Virus record (IMG/VR): IMGVR_UViG_3300045971_000163
Coordinates: 1 to 64,000 of that record
Source: a virus
Reading direction: 5' to 3' (one strand)
Length of the DNA: 64,000 bases
The notes under the pieces are model-generated. The model searched no databases and was not told the origin of the DNA. It saw only the letters and a program-made list of their open reading frames with translations. Of this stretch, positions 1 to 6,864 are shown piece by piece (the stretch's first letter is position 1; each line of letters opens with the position of its first letter). The position numbers and the translations under genes are program-made.

Positions 1-2
1 TG

Positions 3-119
3 TCGCTGATGAGCGACGCTCAGGAAGAAATGGCGTACGGCAACGTTGAGTCTGCTCGCCAAACTATCAACCGCGCCAAGTGGATCATTGGCGAATACAT
101 GATGAAGGAACGGGCATGA
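3..119 (+). CDS. 3' end of a hypothetical protein (truncated by window edge)
   Basis: Open frame SLMSDAQEEMAYGNVESARQTINRAKWIIGEYMMKERA*; its stop overlaps the next ATG (ATGA at 116-119). Confidence 0.6.
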   Translation, partial: SLMSDAQEEMAYGNVESARQTINRAKWIIGEYMMKERA

Positions 120-343
120 ACGAACGTATTAAGGAACTTTGGAAGCAGGCAACCGAGTATGCTTTCTCTGTGACTACATTGAACGAGACTCCCAAGGAAT
201 GGGAAGAACTGAAGTTAGCCAAGTTTGCTGAGCTGATTGTTCAAGATTGTGCTAACGTTACGGTTCGCTATTTGCGCGAACTTGAAGGCGCAGATTTTGG
301 CACTAAAAAATTAATGCTTGAACATTTTGGAATTGCGAAATGA
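116..343 (+). CDS. hypothetical phage protein (MNERIKEL... type)
   Basis: ATG at 116 preceded by AAGGA; ATGA coupling with the upstream ORF. Confidence 0.7.
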   Translation: MNERIKELWKQATEYAFSVTTLNETPKEWEELKLAKFAELIVQDCANVTVRYLRELEGADFGTKKLMLEHFGIAK

Positions 344-570
344 GTGAACTGTTGATCACCGAAGAAAAGCGTAGTGACATTAGCACTGTGTACGCCTACT
401 TGGTCGTGACTGAGGTCACGGAGTTTGGGCAAGATAAGCACAGTGATCGCTTTTCGTGTTTCAACGGTGACTACCAAGTTACCAAAGAGCGTGAGTTCAT
501 CGCAGAGCTTAACGCAAAAAATCCTGGCAGGTATCACAGTTATTGTATTATGTGGGACTCGTGTAACTAA
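340..570 (+). CDS. hypothetical protein
   Basis: 76-aa ORF, ATGA-coupled to the previous gene. Confidence 0.6.
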   Translation: MSELLITEEKRSDISTVYAYLVVTEVTEFGQDKHSDRFSCFNGDYQVTKEREFIAELNAKNPGRYHSYCIMWDSCN

Positions 571-571
571 T

Positions 572-856
572 ATGAGAGACGTAGTAAAAGTTGTTATGAA
601 ATACAAAGTGCTCAGATCCACTGGCCGCTTTCAGCTGCGCGAGTACAAAAACGAGAAGAACAGAAAAGCAAGGTTTGTTATTGCTGCTACGCCGCGGCTT
701 GAAACGCTCGCTACTATAGACGAAATGGCGAAATTATTTGACCCGCATGATAACAGGAAGTTGACTAACTCTAATGTTTACATGTGGAGGTTTAAGAAGC
801 TGGAAGTAGCAGAGCAACTGCTTTTTTTGGCTTTACTAAAATTTGGGGGTGTATGA
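572..856 (+). CDS. hypothetical protein
   Basis: ORF track 425..856; likely start MRDVVK at 572, right after the previous stop. Confidence 0.6.
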   Translation: MRDVVKVVMKYKVLRSTGRFQLREYKNEKNRKARFVIAATPRLETLATIDEMAKLFDPHDNRKLTNSNVYMWRFKKLEVAEQLLFLALLKFGGV

Positions 857-1191
857 TGAGCAGCCAGTTTGCGATTATTTGGTGTAACGAAGGCCTTGAG
901 GGCATTATACCCGTGAGCGAGATTGAGAAGGATGTGATGTGGCGCAACTTGAAAGGCGAAAACGCACAATCAACAGTAGGGCAAAGTATCAACCTCGCAA
1001 TACTGCGGGCACGTTACAACACACAACGAGCATACGAAATTTATGCCATTGAAACTGAAGAGGGAATTGAAGCTGACACGCTAAGGGAGATGTTTGAAGA
1101 CGCTCCACAGCAAGCAGCAGAAACAATACGCCGCCTTGGGGTTAAAATCCACAGTGACCGGCACGAGCAAAGAAAAATTAAAATAACATGA
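853..1191 (+). CDS. hypothetical protein
   Basis: 112-aa ORF, ATGA-coupled on both sides. Confidence 0.7.
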   Translation: MMSSQFAIIWCNEGLEGIIPVSEIEKDVMWRNLKGENAQSTVGQSINLAILRARYNTQRAYEIYAIETEEGIEADTLREMFEDAPQQAAETIRRLGVKIHSDRHEQRKIKIT

Positions 1192-1760
1192 CACAAAAAT
1201 ACTTTTTTACTTCCGATAACCATTTCTCCCACAGAAATATTATCAAGTATTGCAACCGCCCGTTCGCGGATTCCGACGAAATGAACGAGGCGATGATACG
1301 CAACTGGAACAGCGTTGTGGGACATAACGACATTGTTTACCACATTGGTGATGTTGCGTTCGAGAAGGACGAGCGAAAGCTCGACAACTTGCTTATACGG
1401 CTCAACGGCGAGAAGCATTTGGTTATGGGGAACCATGACAAAAACTTTAACAAGTGGCAGCGACATTTTAGATCGCGGTCGCAAATTGGCGTGGTGCACG
1501 TTCCGCCCGAAGCAAACAACGGCGTGGCTCAGCGAATTGTGCTGTGCCACTACGCTATGCGTGTATGGGACCAAAGTCACCACGGCACTTGGCAACTGTA
1601 TGGCCACAGTCATGGCACTATGCCAGACGACCCAAACATGTTGTCTACTGACGTGGGCGTGGATTCATGGGACTTTACGCCCGTAAGCATGGAACAACTG
1701 AACGCAGTGATGAAGCAAAAAACATGGAAGCCGATGGATCACCACGGCGATAGATTGTAA
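1188..1760 (+). CDS. calcineurin-like metallophosphoesterase
   Basis: Motifs SDNH, HIGD, GNHD, CHY, GHSH. Confidence 0.9.
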   Translation: MTQKYFFTSDNHFSHRNIIKYCNRPFADSDEMNEAMIRNWNSVVGHNDIVYHIGDVAFEKDERKLDNLLIRLNGEKHLVMGNHDKNFNKWQRHFRSRSQIGVVHVPPEANNGVAQRIVLCHYAMRVWDQSHHGTWQLYGHSHGTMPDDPNMLSTDVGVDSWDFTPVSMEQLNAVMKQKTWKPMDHHGDRL

Positions 1761-1785
1761 TATTTTTCAACTGAAGGAGAGCGTT

Positions 1786-1953
1786 ATGTATGTAGGCACT
1801 GTTAAAACTGAGGCACCTTATATTGCTGTAAAGCGTGAGGAAGCTAAACGATTGCTTGGAACAAAATGGTTGCTGCATCCTGCTAACAAAGTGCAGCGTT
1901 TGACGCCATTCAGACCCATTCCTGTACAGTTAAACTTGGCCTACGATAAATAA
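1786..1953 (+). CDS. small hypothetical protein (55 aa), not in ORF track
   Basis: AAGGAG at 1774-1779; MYVGTVKTEAPYIAVKREEAKRLLGTKWLLHPANKVQRL...YDK*. Confidence 0.7.
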   Translation: MYVGTVKTEAPYIAVKREEAKRLLGTKWLLHPANKVQRLTPFRPIPVQLNLAYDK

Positions 1954-1987
1954 AACACACAGGTATGTGTTTTATAGGAGGCCAGGT

Positions 1988-3385
1988 ATGGCTTATTCAG
2001 AAAAGGTTGTGGATCATTATGAGAATCCACGTAACGTAGGATCGTTCGACAAGAATGATAGTTCAGTGGGCACTGGGTTAGTAGGTGCCCCGTCGTGTGG
2101 GGATGTTTTGAAGCTACAGATTAAAGTAGTGGATGGCATTATAACTGACGCAGTGTTTAAGGCTTATGGCTGCTTTATTAGTAACGCATTGATTAACACT
2201 CCAACACGGTCAAGAAAAATATCAGAGTTGCGGATTGGTGATGCTGTGTTAGCATGGAATGGGACAACTGTAGTTAGTCAAAAAATTAAAGAAATTATAA
2301 AACACTCAGTTCCAGTGTCTGAGTTAATGTGTGTTTCTATTGCTAGAAAAGAAGGGTCAACCACGACACCAGTTCAACTTATTGTAACAAAAGACCATAT
2401 TTTCTGGGGTGCAAATAATAAACCAGTGCAAGCAAATACTTTATGCCCTGGACAAGAGCTATATGAATTGACAGAACATGAATTGAGAGTGTTAACTAAT
2501 ATCCGGCATCGCGACGAGTTAAAGCAAAAAAACAGTAAGAGGATGTTTGAGTTTAACAAAGGGTTTGATAAAACCACGTTACCACAAAATCAACCCGGCT
2601 ATGTTTGTAAAGATGTCGAAACTGCTCGGAAACGCAAATCCATTGCAGCAATCAATAAGTGGAGTGATCCAGCATACAAAGAAAAATGGTCAGCGGGAAT
2701 GTCTGCTATTGATAGAGCTAAACCAACATCAATCGAAAACAAATTTATTAAATTATTTGAGGAAAACAATGTTGCAGCAGTGTACAGTGCCAATAAAGTA
2801 TGGATACAAACAAGCAGTGGCCCAGCAAGTCCAGATTTTATTGTGCCAGGAAAGAAAAAATGTATAGAAGTATATACCACACGAATGCCAGCATTTATGC
2901 AAGACCGATCAACAAAGTCTGATTATGTTAAAAACAGAGTAGCACAATTTGCATCAGCTGGATATGACTGCTTATGCATACCAATTGAACAATTTAGCGA
3001 GGCTCTACCAACTGTTCAAAATTTCATACACAATGGCAAAAAAATCATAAAAGTGTCAAGCAAAATACACGGGCATACATTAAATTCCTGTGAGCGTGAT
3101 GGTGATAATGTAATAGTGTATGACCTTAGATTAGAAGATGGTGCCCATGTATATTTTAGTCATGGTGTTGGATCTCATAATTGTGGATCAGCGATTGCAT
3201 CAAGTTCGTTAGTTACAGAATGGGTTAAAGGCAAATCGTTAGATGATGCTGTGATGATTAAAAATCAAGACATCGCCGAGGAACTTTGTCTCCCGCCAGT
3301 TAAGATACATTGCTCCATCCTTGCCGAAGATTCCATTAAAGCGGCGATTGCTGACTATAAGGCAAAACATGTTGTCACTCACTGA
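1988..3385 (+). CDS. iscU: Fe-S cluster scaffold IscU interrupted by an intein
   Basis: MAYSEKVVDHYENPRNVG...GAPSCGDV...KAYG | intein | CGSAIASSS...LPPVKIHC; the spliced product is 128 aa; AGGAGG RBS. Confidence 0.95.
   Translation: MAYSEKVVDHYENPRNVGSFDKNDSSVGTGLVGAPSCGDVLKLQIKVVDGIITDAVFKAYGCFISNALINTPTRSRKISELRIGDAVLAWNGTTVVSQKIKEIIKHSVPVSELMCVSIARKEGSTTTPVQLIVTKDHIFWGANNKPVQANTLCPGQELYELTEHELRVLTNIRHRDELKQKNSKRMFEFNKGFDKTTLPQNQPGYVCKDVETARKRKSIAAINKWSDPAYKEKWSAGMSAIDRAKPTSIENKFIKLFEENNVAAVYSANKVWIQTSSGPASPDFIVPGKKKCIEVYTTRMPAFMQDRSTKSDYVKNRVAQFASAGYDCLCIPIEQFSEALPTVQNFIHNGKKIIKVSSKIHGHTLNSCERDGDNVIVYDLRLEDGAHVYFSHGVGSHNCGSAIASSSLVTEWVKGKSLDDAVMIKNQDIAEELCLPPVKIHCSILAEDSIKAAIADYKAKHVVTH
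2171..3181 (+). mobile_element. intein (337 aa) with internal Vsr/DUF559-like PD-(D/E)xK endonuclease
   Basis: Starts with Cys (CFISNALINT); block B VTKDHIF; block F VYDLRLE; ends SHN followed by +1 Cys; internal PTSIENKF...SPDFIVPGKKKCIEVY. Confidence 0.92.
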
Positions 3386-3689
3386 TAGAGCGGCAAAGAA
3401 GATACAGCAAGTTATAACTAAGCGTGGTAAGGGCACAGGTATTCGCCTGGGCGTTAAAACTACTGGTTGTAGCGGGCTTGCTTATGTGTTAGAATACGTG
3501 GATACGCCCGTTGATGGTGACGTTTGTGTTGATTGTAAAGATTGTAAACTGTTTGTTGACCCAAAGAGTTGCCCTTACTTGCAAGGCATGGAAGTTGACT
3601 ATGTTCGTGACGGTATAAACGAAGGATTCAAGTTTAACAATCCCAACGAAAGAGATCGTTGCGGTTGTGGCAGTAGTTTTAGAGTATAA
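3369..3689 (+). CDS. iscA: A-type Fe-S carrier IscA
   Basis: [16 protein letters not shown]...EGFKFNNPN...CGCGSSF. Confidence 0.92.
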   Translation: MLSLTDRAAKKIQQVITKRGKGTGIRLGVKTTGCSGLAYVLEYVDTPVDGDVCVDCKDCKLFVDPKSCPYLQGMEVDYVRDGINEGFKFNNPNERDRCGCGSSFRV

Positions 3690-3700
3690 GGAGACACGAT

Positions 3701-4024
3701 ATGGTAGAATTTACTGACGCAGCATGCAGCAAAGTGGCGGAGATTATGGCTGAAGAAGACAATCCCGCGAACAAACTGCGTGTTTTCGTGCAAGGTGGTG
3801 GTTGCTCTGGCTTCCAATACGGGTTTACGTTTGATGAAGAACAGAACGAAGATGACTTTACTATCGAGAAAAATGGAGTAACCGTTTTGGTCGACGCTAT
3901 GTCCATGCAATATTTGCAGGGTGCAACGATCAACTACAAAGAAGATTTGATGGGCGCTCAATTTATAATTGAAAATCCCAACTCGGTGTCTACTTGTGGT
4001 TGTGGTTCTTCCTTCAGTATGTGA
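3701..4024 (+). CDS. erpA: A-type Fe-S insertion protein ErpA
   Basis: [22 protein letters not shown]...VDAMSMQYL...TCGCGSSF. Confidence 0.9.
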   Translation: MVEFTDAACSKVAEIMAEEDNPANKLRVFVQGGGCSGFQYGFTFDEEQNEDDFTIEKNGVTVLVDAMSMQYLQGATINYKEDLMGAQFIIENPNSVSTCGCGSSFSM

Positions 4025-4084
4025 CATTAACTGCTAACATTATACTGCTTAGGTATTCTATAAATATTATTTATAGGAGAGAAT

Positions 4085-4651
4085 ATGTTTTTACGAGATA
4101 CACAAGAATCATCAACATTTATTAGAAAATACAAATCAGGAAAAGAAGTTGAATGCAAATCAGTGAGAACTACTCATTATTTTAAATGTGATAAATGCGG
4201 TGTAGAATTTTCTAGGCCAAAAAATGGATATACTAATTTACATACTGGCAGTCATTTTTGTACTGAATGTTATAGCAAGTCTGAAATGCAAACATTGTCA
4301 ACGCTGTCACGTAAGCGTGAATTTGAGCAAAATGGAGAAAAAGTAAAAATAGATCGTGGATATAAAGAAATCTATGTCGGCAATGAGTACCCATATCGAA
4401 ATACATTGTGGGTAAGAGAGCATATTGCAGTTATAGAACGGCACATAGGAAAAAGAATACCCGACGGATTTGTAGTGCATCATATTGACGGAAATAAAGC
4501 AAACAACAAGTTATCTAACTTGTTGTTATGTTCCGTGGCTAACCATAATAAATGTCACGGAAAAATAGAAAGGCTTGTTTTTGAATTATACGAAAAAGGT
4601 CTAGTAGATTTTGATAAAGAAAAAATGGAATATTTTTTAAAACAGGTATAA
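4085..4651 (+). CDS. HNH endonuclease with N-terminal zinc finger (free-standing homing endonuclease)
   Basis: CDKC...FCTEC; EHIAVIE...VVHHIDGNKANNKLSNL...HNKCH; TATAAATA at 4059-4066. Confidence 0.85.
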   Translation: MFLRDTQESSTFIRKYKSGKEVECKSVRTTHYFKCDKCGVEFSRPKNGYTNLHTGSHFCTECYSKSEMQTLSTLSRKREFEQNGEKVKIDRGYKEIYVGNEYPYRNTLWVREHIAVIERHIGKRIPDGFVVHHIDGNKANNKLSNLLLCSVANHNKCHGKIERLVFELYEKGLVDFDKEKMEYFLKQV

Positions 4652-4676
4652 ATATTGATTTTGGTTAAAAAAGTTC

Positions 4677-4705
4677 TTGCTATCTATATACTTTGCATAT
4701 ATAAT
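4677..4705 (+). promoter_or_regulatory. sigma70-type promoter for the ncRNA array and DUF2828 gene
   Basis: TTGCTA (4677-4682), 17 bp, TATAAT (4700-4705); a TATAAATA also lies at 4647-4654. Confidence 0.75.
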
Positions 4706-4715
4706 AGCGTGATAG

Positions 4716-4835
4716 AGAATAGGTACAGCAGTTTAAAAACAGCACTAGTCGGATAATCGCTTTAGGACTTGTCCTTTAGACTTACTGACAAACTTGAACA
4801 CCGAACCAAGTAAAAAGGGCGGAAAAACTATTCTG
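4716..4835 (+). ncRNA. structured ncRNA array unit 1 (Y-RNA-like candidate)
   Basis: Terminal stem AGAATAG (4716-4722)/CTATTCT (4828-4834); GTACAGCA follows the 5' strand. Confidence 0.65.
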
Positions 4836-4853
4836 GTAGATTTTGAAATTATA

Positions 4854-5018
4854 AGGATCGGTTCAGCAACACCATAATACTATGGGAGGGAACTACTGCG
4901 CGGTAATTGTGGAGCCTTTCGGGGCTTTGAAGCAGTTATCGACACGCTGAAAGGCAAGTATAACCTCAAGGTGAGTTTGGATTTTCTCACTTGAAACAAA
5001 AAGTACAAAACGATCCTG
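4854..5018 (+). ncRNA. structured ncRNA array unit 2
   Basis: Stem AGGATCG (4854-4860)/CGATCCT (5011-5017); GTTCAGCAA; internal AGCCT-TTCG-GGGCT and GCT-GAAA-GGC hairpins. Confidence 0.7.
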
Positions 5019-5034
5019 TTGTTTTTGTTTTATA

Positions 5035-5273
5035 AGAGTGGGTACAGCAACTCAAAAATACAGCCAATGCTATAGAATGTGGTCGGAGGACTTTATACAG
5101 TGGAAACATTGTACGCAGACGGAATAGCTAGACCGGCTAAGGACCGGGTATGTGCCACGCAGAATACAATGTGGATAGGGCATCGCCGAATCGTTTGCTA
5201 TGGTTGAGTTACAAAGCCTTAAATGGATAACGTCGGACAACCAGACAATAAAAATCGCGTAACAACCACTCTG
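5035..5273 (+). ncRNA. structured ncRNA array unit 3
   Basis: Stem AGAGTGG (5035-5041)/CCACTCT (5266-5272); GTACAGCAA; internal TACAGTG-GAAA-CATTGTA hairpin. Confidence 0.7.
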
Positions 5274-5283
5274 TTATTTTGTT

Positions 5284-5508
5284 AGGATGAATTCAGCAAA
5301 CTACCACTCTTGCCCGTAAGGGCGAATAAGGCTGCAAGTAATCGTTCGCGGTGAAAGCTAATGTACATAGAATATGTAATAGTGCTCATAGAATGTGAGA
5401 TACGCTTCCAACTAAATTTGGAATAGTTGTCAGTTAGAATAATTGGATAGGGTCGGGGCATTTTAAAAGGGCCGACCAGAATAATAAATTACTGTGCCGA
5501 TCATCCTG
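5284..5508 (+). ncRNA. structured ncRNA array unit 4
   Basis: Stem AGGATGA (5284-5290)/TCATCCT (5501-5507); ATTCAGCAA; internal GCCC-GTAA-GGGC, TACATA-GAA-TATGTA, TTCCAA..TTGGAA and GGTCGG..CCGACC helices. Confidence 0.7.
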
Positions 5509-5523
5509 TTGTATTTGATAATA

Positions 5524-5601
5524 AGGTTAAATTCAGCAATTTAAAACTGCCTCAATTGGGGCTTCAATGAAAGCAGCTATGCTCTAAATAGTGTTAACCT
5601 G
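5524..5601 (+). ncRNA. structured ncRNA array unit 5 (shortest; abuts the RBS of the downstream gene)
   Basis: Stem AGGTTAA (5524-5530)/TTAACCT (5594-5600); ATTCAGCAA. Confidence 0.65.
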
Positions 5602-5614
5602 AAAGGAAATTGAA

Positions 5615-6091
5615 ATGAACGCATTTGTAAATGCCATTGGTGAACAAATTCAACGTACCGAAAACGGTATGAAGGCTCGTGCATCCACAGCTAACGCCTG
5701 TGTTGACCTTTTCTTCGCTATCGGTGCAAGCCGTGGCAAGAACATCATCCCTCAATTCACTGCGGCATTCGTAGAGAACTCTGACCTTGCCTTGCGCATC
5801 GTTGCATGGGCTCGTGACGTTCGTGGTGGTGCGGGTGAACGTGAAATCTTCCGCTCGGTGCTTGCGCACCTTGAAACCGCTAACCCAGATGCTGCTAAGG
5901 CTCTGGTTAAGAAGGTACCTGAATTGGGCCGCTTTGACGATGGTCACTGTCTGAAAACAAAAGAACTCAAGACAGTTTGGTTTACAATACTAGGTGATAT
6001 TTTACGTGCTGGGCAAAATGCTAAAGAATTGCTGCCACAGATTGATTTGATGACTGAGGCTCAGTGCAAGAAAGTTCTAGAATCTCTTTGA
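5615..6091 (+). CDS. DUF2828/TROVE (Ro60)-like protein, N-terminal fragment
   Basis: RTENGMKA..ST..ACVDLFF..GASRG...WARDVRGGAGEREIFR...PELGRFDD; GAAAGGA RBS. Confidence 0.8.
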   Translation: MNAFVNAIGEQIQRTENGMKARASTANACVDLFFAIGASRGKNIIPQFTAAFVENSDLALRIVAWARDVRGGAGEREIFRSVLAHLETANPDAAKALVKKVPELGRFDDGHCLKTKELKTVWFTILGDILRAGQNAKELLPQIDLMTEAQCKKVLESL

Positions 6092-6731
6092 GTTTCTTAC
6101 AGTTATCACCGTGCCACCGAGTAAATAAACCGGAGCCAACATTTTCATTACAATGAGGACACGATTTCTTAATTGAACTCGGGTTATTTGATACAAAATT
6201 ACTAATAGTACCATTAAGTTTCTTAGTCTCTCGGCACTTATCAATAACTGCTGGAGATTTAGGATCTGTACCCCTAGCAACTCTGGTGTTCAATTGCTTT
6301 TCGATACTTGATTGAGTTCTAATGTTTGTGCCGTTTTCAATTCTAGTTTTATTATATTTTTCTGTACTGGCATTGGTCCAATTTTGAATAGATCCATTAG
6401 CGGTATTAGTTTTTCTTGTATTTGATCTCTTTTTAATTATTTCTTCTGTTGGTATAACACCTTGACCAGATTCTAGTATCATATTTGCCCAAGCTGGATC
6501 TTTAACGACATTCCATAAATTGCTATAATATAGACCACGTTCTCGTAAAGATTCTAATGTTTCACATTCTTCTATAACTTCAGTAATATGTTCAAATCCA
6601 TGCACTCTCAAATGTCTAAGCCAATGAAGCCCAGAACCAGTATATTTACTATGATCTTCCTGAGTAGTCATACCCAGATATTTTAACCCAGTTTTAGAAT
6701 GTGTCTTGACGTATAATTTATAAATACCCAT
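6021..6731 (-). CDS. GIY-YIG-family homing endonuclease inserted antisense within the DUF2828 gene
   Basis: MGIYKLYVKTHSKTGLKYLGMT...YTGSG; C-terminal CPHC...RWHGDNCK; AAAGGAG RBS before the ATG at 6731. Confidence 0.85.
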   Translation of the reverse strand: MGIYKLYVKTHSKTGLKYLGMTTQEDHSKYTGSGLHWLRHLRVHGFEHITEVIEECETLESLRERGLYYSNLWNVVKDPAWANMILESGQGVIPTEEIIKKRSNTRKTNTANGSIQNWTNASTEKYNKTRIENGTNIRTQSSIEKQLNTRVARGTDPKSPAVIDKCRETKKLNGTISNFVSNNPSSIKKSCPHCNENVGSGLFTRWHGDNCKKLKEILELSCTEPQSSNQSVAAIL

Positions 6732-6793
6732 GCTGGTTGCTCCTTTAAGTAATGCAATTAGAGTTTGTGGGTACGACCAATACCGCGACAAAC
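6732..6793 (-). promoter_or_regulatory. structured 5' leader RNA motif of homing endonuclease (copy 1)
   Basis: GTTTGT-CGC-GGTA-TTGGTCG-TACC-C-ACAAAC-TCTAA...CCAGC-ATG; co-varies with the copy at 19881-19937. Confidence 0.65.
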
Positions 6794-6864
6794 ATTTTTC
6801 ACCAAAATAATTTTATTTTCAATTCTTTTAGTATATAATAGTATTTATCCAAAGAGGACTTATC

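Noticed and set aside
1188-1760. Metallophosphoesterase as an RNA-repair partner of the TROVE-like system
   Set aside because: It is a common phage gene 3 kb away in another transcription unit, and no RtcB or RNA ligase in the window supports the link.
4716-5601. CRISPR array interpretation of the repeated units
   Set aside because: The conserved part is only about 10 nt plus a variable stem, unit lengths range from 78 to 239 nt, interiors are highly structured, and no cas genes are present.
4655-5614. tRNA cluster
   Set aside because: No GTTCRA T-loop with cloverleaf geometry or CCA ends could be built; GGTTCAGC at 4860 is part of the array handle.
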